Positions 15,401-26,841 of a DNA stretch of 64,000 bases are shown in pieces (the first letter of the stretch is position 1; each line of letters begins with the position of its first letter). The position numbers and the translations under genes were made by a program. Where the stretch lies: contig NW_027361804.1 in the NCBI RefSeq assembly GCF_039654945.1, forward strand, positions 2,232,001-2,296,000, read 5' to 3'. The notes beneath the pieces are model-generated. The model was not told where the DNA came from and did not search any database. It saw only the letters and a list, made by a program, of their open reading frames with translations. The DNA comes from Dendrobates tinctorius. Its lineage: Eukaryota.

Positions 15401-16180
15401 TGGTATGGCTGGCTCTATTATGGGGGCTGCAGCGGGCACTGTTACAATGACACTATGGCAGTCTGGGGTGGTATGGCTGGCTCTATTATGGGGGCTGCAG
15501 TGGGCACTGTTATAATGACACTATGGCAGTTAGGTCGTATGGCTGGCTCTATTATGGGGGCTGCAGCGGGCACTGTTACAATGACACTATGGCAGTTAGG
15601 TCGTATGGCTGGCTCTATTATGGGGGCTGCAGCGGACACTGTTATAATGACACTATGGCAGTCTGGGGTGGTATGGCTGGCTCTATTATGGGGGCTGCAG
15701 TGGGCACTGTTACAATGACACTATGGCAGTTAGGTGGTATGGCGCTCTATTATGGGGGGCTGCATCGGACAGTTATAATGACACTATGGCAGTTAGGTGG
15801 TATGGCTGGCTCTATTATGGGGGGCTGCAGCGGGCACTGTTATAATGACACTATGGCAGTTAGGTGGTATGGCTGTCTCTATTATGGGGGGCTGCAGCGG
15901 GCACGGTTACAATGACACTATGGCAGTTAGGTGGTATGGCTGGCTCTATTATGGGGGGCTGCATCGGACAGTTATAATGACACTATGGCAGTTAGGTGGT
16001 ATGGCTGGCTCTATTATGGGGGGCTGCAGCGGGCACTGTTATAATGACACTATGGCAGCTAGGTGGTATGGCTGGTCTATTATGGGGGGCTGCAGCGGGC
16101 ACTGTTATAATGACACTATGGCAGTTACAGTAGGTGGTATGGCTGGCTCTATTATGGGGCAGTGGTTGGCACTATGTTAG
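485..16180. repeat. Satellite array, 66-bp unit (variants 64-68 bp), ~235 copies
   Basis: Consensus GGCACTGTTATAATGACACTATGGCAGTTAGGTGGTATGGCTGGCTCTATTATGGGGGCTGCAGTG repeats continuously and decays at ~15740-16180. Confidence 0.99.
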
Positions 16181-16574
16181 GCACTATGGCTGCCTCTGGT
16201 TTGGGGGTCATCTCTGGCGTCTGTGACTGTCATTCTTGTCTTTACAGGATAAACGTCGCTGCCCGTACATGCACCAGACACCTGCCTGCGACTCCATGAC
16301 TTCACACTAAGGACATGTGCACACGTTAAGTATTTGTTGCAGACATTTTTGCATCAAGAATGTGTCTCTTGGCAGGAAAAATGCTGCATAAAAAAATTAA
16401 TTTTTATTCCAAATCATTAGAAAAGGGGGAAAATGCAGAAAGAAAACATCGCTGCAAATACGAAACTGCTTCAAATCTGCAAGGAAAAGCTAAGCAGCGT
16501 GTGAACGCAACGTCAGGAACCTCGCCCACTGTGCTGGTGCTAAAAAACCCTAGTCGGTTTATATGGAGTTACAA

Positions 16575-16981
16575 GGCCATGTTCACACGCAGCGGATCAG
16601 AAGCTTTTATTTCATGCGATTGAAAGCTGCTTTGTACTGGACCAGCAGAACGTACGAGAGCTCAGAAATATCCACAACGCGCCTGGATTCTTTTTCCTGA
16701 CTCAATTTGAAATCTGCCGCTTCAATTCTTTCAGCGTTTCTGCAGTTTTTTCACTCATAGAAATCAATGAGAAAGTGAAAAAACGCAGCAAAAACGCAAC
16801 CAATGTTTTTTGCGGCATTTTCAGTGTTTTTTTAGCACATAAAACTAACTTTATTAAACATGTACTGTAGATAAAGCGCAAATGTAAACTGCCCCCCAAA
16901 AAACACTGCAAAAACACAGTAAAAATGCTGCACAACGGGCATCTTGAATGCAGGAAATAAACGCTGCATGTGAACACGGCC
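16575..16981. mobile_element. PIF/Harbinger-type MITE (degenerate)
   Basis: Terminal inverted repeats GGCCATGTTCACACGCAGCG ... CGCTGCATGTGAACACGGCC, with internal GCGTTTTT/AAAACGC motifs. Confidence 0.65.
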
Positions 16982-17064
16982 TGACACAGATCTGACGTCT
17001 TTCTATCATCACTATTCGTATCTGGCTCTATGTTTATGGTGTCAGGCGCTCCCTCGTTACTCGC

Positions 17065-17079
17065 CTTCCTTTTCTTTAT
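17065..17079 (-). CDS. DNAI7: Candidate 15-nt coding microexon (IKKRK) of DNAI7/CASC1 with a GC-AG donor
   Basis: Minus strand reads: long pyrimidine tract, TTTAG|ATAAAGAAAAGGAAG|GCGAGT. Phase 0/0, in frame with the ATG-only exon at 23123-23125. Lys-rich like the mammalian N-terminus. Inference only. Confidence 0.3.
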
Positions 17080-17206
17080 CTAAATATCAGGAAATAAAGT
17101 AAGAAGTAAAGATGAATGAGAACAAAGAAAAAGTATCAGCGGCAGCCAAAGAAACAGCCTGCGACCGCCACCGATCACTAACGATTCTCCATCTGTGACC
17201 ACGACG

Positions 17207-17525
17207 ACCCTTATTAATACCCTTCATACCTGCCCCAGATTACTACTAATACCCAAGAGACCCCCAGACCGTGCCTGACCCCCTCCTTATAAATACCCCT
17301 CATCCCTACAGCCAGATTAATATTGCTAAAACCCCGAGAGACCCCCGGACTGTGCCTGACCCCATCCTTATTAATACTCCTCATATCTCCCCCCTGATTA
17401 ATACTGCTAATACTCTAGAGACCCCAGGACTGTCCCTGACCCCCTACCTATTAATACCCCTCACACCTGCCCAAGATTAATACTGCTAATACCTGAGAGA
17501 CCCCCGGACTGTGCCTGAACCTCTC
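17207..17525. repeat. Short tandem array, ~80-bp unit, ~4 copies
   Basis: GTGCCTGACC-like motif recurs at 17271, 17352, 17432 and 17511, with TTAATAC/GAGACCCC blocks between. Confidence 0.85.
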
Positions 17526-17529
17526 CTCT

Positions 17530-20500
17530 CCCCGGTTTTTGGCTGCCATCCTCCCTCTCAGTCCCCCGGTTTCTGGCCGCTTTCTGATCTCAGTCTACCG
17601 GTTTCTGGCCGCTTTCTCCCCTCAGTCCCCCCAGTCTTTGGCCGCTTTCTCCCCCTCAGTCCCCCGATTTCTGGTCGCTTTCTCCCCTCAGTTCCCCGTT
17701 TTCTGGCCGCTTTCTCCCCTCAGTCCCCCGGTTTCTGGCCGCTTTCTCTCCTCAGTCCCCCCCCGGTCTCTGGCCGCTTTCTCCCCTCGGTCCCCCAGTT
17801 TCTGGCCGCTTTCTCCCCTCAGTCCCCCCATTTCTGGCCGCTTTCTCCCACTCAGTCCCCCGGTTTCTGGACGCTTTCTCCCCTCAGTCTCCACGGTCTC
17901 TGGCCGCTTTCTCCCCTCAGTCTCCCCCCGGTTTCCGACCGCTTTCTCCCCTCAGTTCCCCGGTTTCTGGCTGCTTTCTCTCCTCAGTCCCCCCCGGTCT
18001 CTGGCCGCTTTCCGGCCGCTTTCTCCCCTCAGTACTCCCGGTCTCTGGCCGCTTTCTCCCCTCAGTACTCCCGGTCTCTGGCCGCTTTCTCCCCTCAGTC
18101 CCCCGGTTTCTGGCCGCTTTCTCCCCTCAGTCCTCACGGTTTCTGGCTGCTTTCTCCCCTCAGTCCTCACGGTTTCTGGCTGCTTTCTCCCCTCAGTCCT
18201 CACGGTTTCTGGCTGCTTTCTCCCCTCAGTACTCCCGGTCTCTGGCCGCTTTCTCCCCTCAGTCCCCCGGTTTCTGGCCGCTTTCTCCCCTCAGTCCTCC
18301 CAGTTTCTGGCTGCTTTCTCCCCTCAGTCCTCCCGGTTTCTGGCTGCTTTCTCCCCTCAGTCCTCACGGTTTCTGGCCGCTTTCTCCCCTCAGTCTCCCC
18401 CCCCGGTTTCTGGCCGCTTTCTTCCCTCAGTCCCCCGCTTTCTGGCCGCTTTCTCCCCTCAGTCCCCCGCTTTCTGGCCGCTTTCTCCCCTCAGTCCGCC
18501 CGGTTTCTGGCCGCTTTCTCCCCTCAGTCCCCCGGTTTCTGGCCGCTTTCTCCCCTCAGTCCCCCCGGTTTCTGGCCGCTATCTCCCCTCAGTCTCCCCC
18601 CCGGTTTCTGGCCGCTTTCTCCCCTCAGTCTCCACGGTCTCTGGCCGTTTTCTCCCCTCAGTCCCCCGGTTTCTGGCCGCTTTCTCCCCTCAGTCCCCCG
18701 GTTTCTGGCCGCTTTCTCCCCTCAGTCCCCCCAGTTTCTGGCCGCTATCTCCCCTCAGTCTCCCCCCCGGTTTCTGGCCGCTTTCTCCCCTCAGTCTCCC
18801 CCCCGGTTTCTGGCCATTTTCTCCCCTCAGTCTCCCCCCGGTTTCTGGCCGCTTTCTCCCCTCAGTTCCCCGGTCTCTGGCCGCTTTCTCCCCTCAGTCC
18901 CCCGGTTTCTGGCCGCTTTCTCCCCTCAGTCCCCCGGTTTCTGGCCGCTTTCTCCCCTCAGTCCCACGGTTTCTGGCCGCTTTCTCCCTCAGTCCCCCGG
19001 TTTCTGGCCGCTTTCTCCCCTCAGTCCCCCTGGTCTCTGGCCGCTTTCTACCCTCAGTCCCCCCGGTCTCCGGACGCTTTCTCCCCACAGTCCCCCGGTT
19101 TCTGGACGCTTTCTCCCCTCAGTCCCCCGATTTCTGGCCTCTTTCTCCCCCTCAGTCCCCCCGGTTTCTGGCCGCTTTCTCCCCTCAGTCCCCCCGGTTT
19201 CTGGCCGCTTTCTCCCCTCAGTCCCCCCGGTTTCTGGCCGCTTTCTCCCCTCAGTCTCCCCCCCCAGGTTTCCCCCCCCCCGGTTTCTGGCCGCTTTCTC
19301 CCCAGTCTCCCCCCCCCCGGTCTCTGGCCACTTTCCCCCCTCAGTATCCCCCGGTTTCTGGTCGCTTTCTCCCCTCAGTCTCCCCCCCGGTTTCTGGACG
19401 CTTTCTCCCCTCAGTCTCCCCCCCGGTTTCCCCCCCCCCCCCCGGTCTCTGGCCGCTTTCTCCCCAGTCTCCCCCCCCCCGGTTTCTGGCCGCTTTCTAC
19501 CCTCAGTCCCCCCCCCCGGTTTCTGGACGCTTTCTCCCCTCAGTCTCCCCCCCCCCCCCCGGTTTCTGGCCGCTTTCTACCCTCAGTCCCCCCCCCCCCC
19601 CCGGTTTCTGGACGCTTTCTCCCCTCAGTCTCCCCCCCCCCGGTTTCTGGCCGCTTTCTCGCTTTCTCCCCTCAGTTCCCCGGTTTCTGGCCGCTTTCTC
19701 CCCTCAGTCTCCCCCCGGTTTCTGGCCGCTTTCTTCCCTCAGTCCCCCGGTTTCTGGCCGCTTTCTCCCCTCAGTCCCCCGGTTTCTGGCCGCTTTCTCC
19801 CCTCAGTCCCCCGGTTTCTGGCCGCTTTCTCTCCTCAGTCCCCCCCCCGGTTTCTGGCCGCTTTCTACCCTCAGTCCCCCCCCCCCCGGTTTCTGGACGC
19901 TTTCTCCCCTCAGTCTCCCCCCCCCCCCCGGTTTCTGGACGCTTTCTCCCCTCAGTCTCCCCCCCCCCCCGGTTTCTGGCCGCTTTCTACCCTCAGTCCC
20001 CCCCCCCCCGGTTTCTGGACGCTTTCTCCCCTCAGTCTCCCCCCCCCCCCCGGTTTCTGGCCGCTTTCTCGCTTTCTCCCCTCAGTTCCCCGGTTTCTGG
20101 CCGCTTTCTCCCCTCAGTCTCCCCCCGGTTTCTGGCCGCTTTCTTCCCTCAGTCCCCCGGTTTCTGGCCGCTTTCTCCCCTCAGTCCCCCGGTTTCTGGC
20201 CGCTTTCTCCCCTCAGTCCCCCGGTTTCTGGCCGCTTTCTCTCCTCAGTTTCCCCCCCGGTTTCTGGCCGCTTTCTCCCCTCAGTCCCCCCCCCGGTTTC
20301 TGGCTGCTTTCTCCCCTCAGTCCCCCGGTCTCTGGCCGCTTTCTCCCCTCAGTCCCCCCCCCCCGGTTTCTGGCCGCTTTCTCCCCTCAGTCCCCCGGTT
20401 TCTGGCCGCTTTCTCTCCTCAGTCCCCCCCCCGGTTTCTGGCCGCTTTCTCCCCTCAGTCTCCCCCCGGTTTCTGGCTGCTTTCTCCCCTCAGTCCCCCG

Positions 20501-23087
20501 GTCTCTGGCCGCTTTCTCTCCTCAGTCCCCCCCCGGTTTCTGGCCGCCTTCTCCCCCTCAGTCCCCCCCGGTTTCTGGCCGCTTTCTCCCCCTCAGTCCC
20601 CCCGGTTTCTGGCCGCTTTCTCCCCTCAGTCCCCCGGTTTCTGGCCGCTTTCTCCCCTCAGTCCCCCCGGTTTCTGGCCGCTTTCTCCCCCTCAGTCCCC
20701 CCGGTTTCTGGCCGCTTTCTCCCCTCAGTCCCCCCGGTTTCTGGCCGCTTTCTCCCCTCAGTCCCCCCGGTTTCTGGCCGCTTTCTCCCCTCAGTCTCCC
20801 CCCCCAGGTTTCCCCCCCCGGTTTCTGGCCGCTTTCTCCCCAGTCTCCCCCCCCCCCCCGGTCTCTGGCCACTTTCTCCCCTCAGTATCCCCCGGTTTCT
20901 GGTCGCTTTCTCCCCTCAGTCTCCCCCCCGGTTTATGGACGCTTTCTCCCCTCAGTCTCCCCCCCCCCCGGTTTCCCCCCCCCCCGGTCTCTGGCCGCTT
21001 TCTCCCCAGTCTCCCCCCCCCCCCCGGTTTCTGGCCGCTTTCTACCCTCAGTCCCCCCCCCCCCCCGGTTTCTGGACGCTTTCTCCCCTCAGTCTCCCCC
21101 CCCCCCCCCGGTTTCTGGCCGCTTTCTACCCTCAGTCCCCCCCCCCCGGTTTCTGGACGCTTTCTCCCCTCAGTCTCCCCCCCCCGGTTTCTGGCCGCTT
21201 TCTCGCTTTCTCCCCTCAGTTCCCCGGTTTCTGGCCGCTTTCTCCCCTCAGTCTCCCCCCGGTTTCTGGCCGCTTTCTTCCCTCTTTCCCCCGGTTTCTG
21301 GCCGCTTTCTCCCCTCAGTCCCCCGGTTTCTGGCCGCTTTCTCTCCTCAGTCCCCCCCCCGGTTTCTGGCCGCTTTCTCCCCTCAGTCCCCCCCCCCCCC
21401 CGGTTTCTGGCTGCTTTCTCCCCTCAGTCCCCCGGTCTCTGGCCGCTTTCTCCCCTCAGTCCCCCCCCCCCGGTTTCTGGCCGCTTTCTCCCCTCAGTCC
21501 CCCGATTTCTGGCCGCTTTCTCTCCTCAGTCCCCCCCCCGGTTTCTGGCCGCTTTCTCCCCTCAGTCTCCCCCCGGTTTCTGGCTGCTTTCTCCCCTCAG
21601 TCCCCCGGTCTCTGGCCGCTTTCTCTCCTCAGTCCCCCCCCGGTTTCTGGCCGCTTTCTCCCCTCAGTCTCCCCCCGGTTTCTGGCCGCTTTCTCCCCTC
21701 AGTCCCCCGGTTTCTGGCCGCTTTCTCTCCTCAGTCTCCCCCCGGTTTCTGGACGCTTTCTCCCCTCAGTCCCCCCCCGGTTTCTGGCCGCTTTCTCCCC
21801 TCAGTCCCCCGGTTTCTGGCTGCTTTCTCCCCTCAGTCCCCCGGTCTCTGGCCGCTTTCTCTCCTCAGTCCCCCCGGTCTCTGGCCGCTTTCTCCCCTCA
21901 GTCCCCCCGGTCTCTGGCCGCTTTCTCCCCTCAGTCCCCCGGTTTCTGGCCGCTTTCTCTCCTCAGTCCCCCCCCCCGGTTTCTGGACGCTTTCTCCCCT
22001 CAGTCCCCCCCCGGTTTCTGGCTGCTTTCTCCCCTCAGTCCCCCGGTTTCTGGCCGCTTTCTCCCCTCAGTCCCCCCGGTTTCTGGCCGCTTTCTCCCCT
22101 CAGTCCCCCGATTTCTGGCCGCTTTCTCCCCTCAGTGCCCCGGTTTCTGGCCGCTTTCTCCCCTCAGTCCCCCGCTTTCTGGCCGCTTTCTCCCCTCAGT
22201 CCCCCGGTTTCTGGCCGCTTTCTCCCCTCAGTCCCCCCGGTTTCTGGCCGCTTTCTCCCCTCAGTCCCCCGGTTTCTGGCCGCTTTCTCCCCTCAGTGCC
22301 CCGGTTTCTGGCCGCTTTCTCCCCTCAGTCCCCCCGGTTTCTGGCCGCTTTCTCCCCTCAGTCCCCCGGTTTCTGGACGCTTTCTCCCCTCAGTGCCCCG
22401 GTTTCTGGACGCTTTCTCCCCTCAGTCCCCCGCTTTCTGGCCGCTTTCTCCCCTCAGTCCCCCGGTTTCTGGCCGCTTTCTCCCCTCAGTGCCCCGGTTT
22501 CTGGCCGCTTTCTCCCCTCAGTCCCCCCGGTTTCTGGCCGCTTTCTCCCCTCAGTCCCCCGCTTTCTGGCCGCTTTCTCCCCTCAGTGCCCCGGTTTCTG
22601 GCCGCTTTCTCCCCTCAGTGCCCCGGTTTCTGGCTGCTTTCTCCCCTCAGTCCCCCCGGTTTCTGGCCGCTTTCTCCCCTCAGTCCCCCGCTTTCTGGCC
22701 GCTTTCTCCCCTCAGTGCCCCGGTTTCTGGCCGCTTTCTCCCCTCAGTCCCCCGCTTTCTGGCCGCTTTCTCCCCTCAGTCCCCCGGTTTCTGGACGCTT
22801 TCTCCCCTCAGTGCCCCGGTTTCTGGCCGCTTTCTCCCCTCAGTCCCCCGCTTTCTGGCCGTTTTCTCCCCTCAGTGCCCCGGTTTCTGGCCGCTTTCTC
22901 CCCTCAGTCCCCCGCTTTCTGGCCGCTTTCTCCCCTCAGTCCCCCCGGTTTCTGGCCGCTTTCTCCCCTCAGTCCCCCGGTTTCTGGCCGCTTTCTCCCC
23001 TCAGTGCCCCGGTTTCTGGCCGCTTTCTCCCCTCAGTCCCCCGGTTTCTGGCCGCTTTCTCCCCTCAGTGCCCCGGTTTCTGGCCGC
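17530..23087. repeat. Pyrimidine-rich minisatellite, ~32-bp unit with a variable C-run, ~165 copies
   Basis: Unit CAGTCCCCCGGTTTCTGGCCGCTTTCTCCCCT. C-runs expand to more than 10 nt in the centre (19.2-21.5 kb). A CAGTGCCCC variant is confined to the right end. Confidence 0.99.
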
Positions 23088-23122
23088 CGTCCCCACATTC
23101 CTCCTCTTCCCCGCGTTCTCAC

Positions 23123-23125
23123 CAT
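23123..23125 (-). CDS. DNAI7: Probable first coding exon (ATG only) of DNAI7/CASC1 (dynein axonemal intermediate chain 7); the rest of the gene lies left of the window
   Basis: Minus strand GCAAC-ATG|GTGAGA (A at -3, strong donor), ~30 bp from an RFX X-box. It is head-to-head with ETFRF1, matching known CASC1-LYRM5-KRAS synteny. No recognisable downstream DNAI7 coding exon lies in the window. Confidence 0.55.
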
Positions 23126-23129
23126 GTTG

Positions 23130-23460
23130 CTGCTTTACTCTCGGTGCAGCGTCCAAGTTGCCATAGAGACCGCGGGGTCTTCTGGGAGCTCGGCGCAGCC
23201 GGTGACGTCACTGGGAGGCGCCGCGTTGTTGCCGGAAGTCGGTTGGAGGTCAGTGCGGGGAGCAGCGGCCCCCAAATCCTTCCTCTCCGCCCCCGGTCAC
23301 ACCGCCGCCGGGGCATGCTGGGAGTTGTAGATCTCTCAGATTCCACAATAAAGTGGAATTTGGTCAATTATTGTTTTCATTAATTTAGCACTGATTGGCT
23401 GCAGCCTTCTTGTGTGCTCTAACCTGAGAGTCTCTGAGCGCTGCAGCCAATCACTGGTCA
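23130..23460. promoter_or_regulatory. Bidirectional CpG-rich promoter shared by DNAI7 (-) and ETFRF1 (+)
   Basis: X-box GTTGCCATAGAGAC 23157-23170; CRE palindrome GTGACGTCAC 23202-23211; ETS/GABP CCGGAAGT 23232-23239; ZNF143-like GCATGCTGGGAGTTGTAG 23313-23330; CCAAT boxes near 23394 and 23447; candidate plus-strand donor GAG|GTCAGT at 23248/23249. Confidence 0.8.
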
Positions 23461-23604
23461 CCAGGAGGGCGCAGAGTATGGAGGATGAGTGCTGAACGGG
23501 CGCAGGATCGAATACGGGTGTTTTTAGGGCAGTTTTGTGCCAGAGAAAAGTAAAATGTCTCAGAATAAGGGCGCAGTCAGCTGTATATACCGGAGAGACA
23601 TCAG

Positions 23605-25402
23605 CTGCGGTGCTGGGGCTGGCTGCGGCTCTCCGGACTGGCAGCGGTGCTGGCTGCGGCTCTCCGGACTGGCAGCGGTGCTGGCTGCGGCTCTCCGGAT
23701 TGGCCGCGGTGCTGGGACTGGCTGTGGCTCTCCGGACTGGCCGCGGCTCTCCGGACTGGCAGCGGTGCTGGCTGCGGCTCTCCGGATTGGCCGCGGTGCT
23801 GGGACTGGCTGTGGCTCTCCGGACTGGCCGCGGTGCTGGGACTGGCCGCGGCTCTCCGGACTGGCCGCGGCTCTCCGGACTGGCAGCGGTGCTGGCTGCG
23901 GCTCTCCGGATTGGCCGCGGTGCTGGGACTGGCTGTGGCTCTCCGGACTGGCCGCGGCTCTCCGGACTGGCCGCGGCTCTCTGGACTGGCTGCGGCTCTC
24001 TGGACTGGCCGCGGTTCTCGGACTGGCCGCGGTTCTCGGACTGGCCGCGGCTCTCCGGACTGGCAGCGGTGCTGGCTGCGGCTCTCCGGATTGGCCGCGG
24101 TGCTGGGACTGGCTGCGGCTCTCTGGACTGGCTGCTGTGCTGGGACTGGCTGCGGCTCTCCCGACTGGCCGCGGTTCTCGGACTGGCTGCGGCTCTCCCG
24201 ACTGGCCGCGGTGCTCGGACTGGCTGCGGCTCTCCCGACTGGCCGCGGTGCTCGGACTGGCTGCGGCTCTCCCGACTGGCCGCGGTGCTCGGACTGGCTG
24301 CTGCTCTCCCGACTGGCCGCGGTGCTCGAACTGGCTGCTGCTCTCCCGACTGGCCGCGGTGCTCGAACTGGCTGTGGCTCTCCGGACTGGCCGCGGCTCT
24401 CCGGACTGGCCGCGGCTCTCCGGACTGGCCGCGGCTCTCCGGACTGGCCGTGGCTCTCCGGACTGGCCGCGGCTCTCGGACTGGCCGTGGCTCTCGGACT
24501 GGCCGTGGCTCTCGGACTGGCTGCGGCTCTCCCGACTGGCCGCGGCGCTCGGACTGGCTGTGGCTCTCCCGACTGGCCGCGGTGCTCGGACTGGCTGTGG
24601 CTCTCCCGACTGGCAGCGGTGCTCGGACTGGCTGCGGCTCTCCCGACTGGCCGCGGTGCTCGGACTGGCTGCTGCTCTCCCGACTGGCTGTGGCTCTCCG
24701 GACTGGCTGTGGCTCTCCGGACTGGCTGTGGCTCTCCGGACTGGCTGTGGCTCTCGGACTGGCTGTGGCTCTCCCGACTGGCAGCGGTGCTCGGACTGGC
24801 TGCGGCTCTCCCGACTGGCTGCTGCTCACGACTGGCCGCGGTGCTCGGACTGGCCGCGGCTCTCCGGACTGGCCGCGGCTCTCCGGACTGGCCGCGGCGC
24901 TCCGGACTGGCCGCGGCGCTCCGGACTGGCCGAGGTGCTCGGACTGGCTGCTGCTCTCCGGACTGGCTGTGGCTCTCCCGACTGGCAGCAGTGCTCTGAC
25001 TGGCTGTGGCTCTCCCGACTGGCAGCGGTGCTCGGACTGGCTGTGGCTCTCCTGACTGGCAGCGGTGCTCGGACTGGCTGTGGCTCTCCTGACTGGCAGC
25101 GGTGCTCGGACTGGCTGTGGCTCTCCTGACTGGCAGCGGTGCTCGGACTGGCTGTGGCTCTCCTGACTGGCTGTGGTGCTCGGACTGGCAGCGGTGCTCG
25201 GACTGGCTGTGGCTCTCCTGACTGGCTGTGGTGCTCGGACTGGCCGCGGTGCTCGGACTGGCTGTGGCTCTCCCGACTGGCTGTGGTGCTCGGACTGGCT
25301 GTGGCTCTCCCGACTGGCTGTGGTGCTCGGACTGGCCGCGGTGCTCGGACTGGCTGTGGCTCTCCAGACTGGCCGCAGTGCTCGGACTGGCTGCGGCTCT
25401 CC
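23605..25402. repeat. CpG-rich minisatellite with 18/19-bp units (37-bp dimer), in the presumed first intron of ETFRF1
   Basis: Units GGACTGGCCGCGGCTCTCC and GGACTGGCCGCGGTGCTC, with CpG-to-TpG decay increasing to the right. Confidence 0.97.
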
Positions 25403-26273
25403 GTACCAGAGTGTGACTGATTCATGTATTTCACCCGGCCAGTCCGAGCATTGCGGATGATCTCTGATTTATACGGTCGCTGACTGCGCCCTGGAGCATT
25501 AGAAACGTCACACAACAGGTTTTTTTTATCGCAATTTTGAAAAAAAACTTGCGTCTTTTTTTAAAAAGTGACATGGTGAATTAGGCTAAAATATATTCAG
25601 ATTTGAGTCCTCAGTGATTTATAACTTTTCTGAATATTTTTCTATCTACTGCCTAACACGGTACAAAGATAGATATCTTTCCTGTATCAAATTAGGCTAA
25701 AACAATCTAAATACCCCAAATCACCCCTGTACTGCTGAACCGAAAGAATAAAAGATGAAAACAAGTTCACATAAAGAAAGGTGCCAAGTAAATAAGGAAG
25801 GAGACATAATTATTGGGAACAATTTTATTCCAGGGACAAAAGCACAAAAAGTAACAATGAATTGACTCTTGTCACTCCCTAGAAACTTAATAAAAGTTGA
25901 TTATAAGTTCTAATCACCTAGAAATTGTGATATCAAGAAACGTAACTTATCCTGCAAAAGCCGAAAAAAAAATACAAACGTTCTGGATTTAGGATGCAAC
26001 AATGGGAGCGTGGGTGGTAGGAGACCCCAGCCCCCGCCCAGAGCAGCAGGGAACGCTCCCACCGGGTCCATACAGTCTGCCCGACAGTTTACGCTGTTTT
26101 CTCCCCTGCGAGTGAGTGGGTTTTCGTGATCCACAGCGCAGATTTCCTGCAGACTATTCCTCCGCGCATTCACCGGCGGGCTCGCCTTCCTCCTCCTCAC
26201 ACCCATCTGCTTCTCTTTCAGCTGCACCCTCCATGATGTGCTGACCGCAGAGCTCCGTCCCTCAGGTGTGGAC

Positions 26274-26318
26274 ATGGCGAATCCTTTGCGAGGAGAGGTT
26301 GTGAAGCTGTACAAGAAT
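26274..26318 (+). CDS. ETFRF1: ETFRF1 (LYRM5) coding exon 1: MANPLRGEVVKLYKN
   Basis: ATG at 26274, LYK motif of LYR proteins, donor AAT|GTAAGC at 26318/26319. Matches the vertebrate LYRM5 N-terminus. Confidence 0.95.
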
Positions 26319-26622
26319 GTAAGCCCCCCAGAAATTACCACTGCCTTAGCTTGCTCATCCAGAGCCTCCTGACCCATGAATAGTATGCCAGTTTCTACTG
26401 CTCCAGACTGACCTGACCTGTGCTTTGTCCAGAGTATGTCTTAAATAGGATTCTAGGCCTTCAGTGGAGACTGACACACCACAGGTTGGAGGGCGTAACT
26501 GTACATAATACAGGTTTATACACCATTCTGGGTGCTGCCCCCTACAGGCACTCATTAGTGGTTGTCAGCTCATCGACAGCTTTCCTCCCCTGTATAAGAC
26601 CATCCATCTTTCTCATCTGCAG

Positions 26623-26841
26623 CTTCTCTTCTTGGGACGAGAATATCCCAAAGGTGAAGCCTTCTTCAAGGAGCGACTGAAGAAAGCCTTCATAAAGAAC
26701 AAGGACGTCAGCGACCCGGAGAAGATCCGGGAACTTATCTCTCGGGGGGAATTCGTCATTAAAGAGCTGGAAGCGTTATATTACCTGCGCAAGTACCGTG
26801 CGATGAAGCAGCGATACTACGAGGACGGACCCGGATCCTAG
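26623..26841 (+). CDS. ETFRF1: ETFRF1 (LYRM5) coding exon 2; spliced protein is 87 aa
   Basis: Acceptor TCTGCAG|CTT; reads [72 protein letters not shown]. The intervening intron is 304 nt, GT-AG. Confidence 0.97.
   Translation, partial: LLFLGREYPKGEAFFKERLKKAFIKNKDVSDPEKIRELISRGEFVIKELEALYYLRKYRAMKQRYYEDGPGS

Noticed and set aside
487-16180. Dozens of overlapping repetitive ORFs (MAVRWYGWLYYG..., MTLWQLGGMAGS..., MPTAAPII...)
   Set aside because: The 66-bp unit equals 22 codons, and frames switch at every G-run indel with no frame preservation. These are satellite artefacts.
485-16180. CRISPR-like or diversity-cassette interpretation of the array
   Set aside because: There are no unique spacers and no cas or RT genes, and the context is vertebrate. 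Variation is limited to a few SNPs and indels.
17511-23330. 1939-aa and 1875-aa Pro/Ser-rich ORFs
   Set aside because: They overlap in different frames of the same strand, start at non-ATG codons, and are open only because the 32-bp unit almost lacks A. The unit length is not a multiple of 3.
23336-25515. ~500-aa ORFs on both strands
   Set aside because: They are translations of the 18/19-bp GC-rich minisatellite.
26233-26244. Tiny uORF ATGATGTGCTGA before the ETFRF1 start
   Set aside because: It is in the mRNA only if the acceptor at 26221 is used rather than 26250 or 26265, which cannot be decided from sequence.
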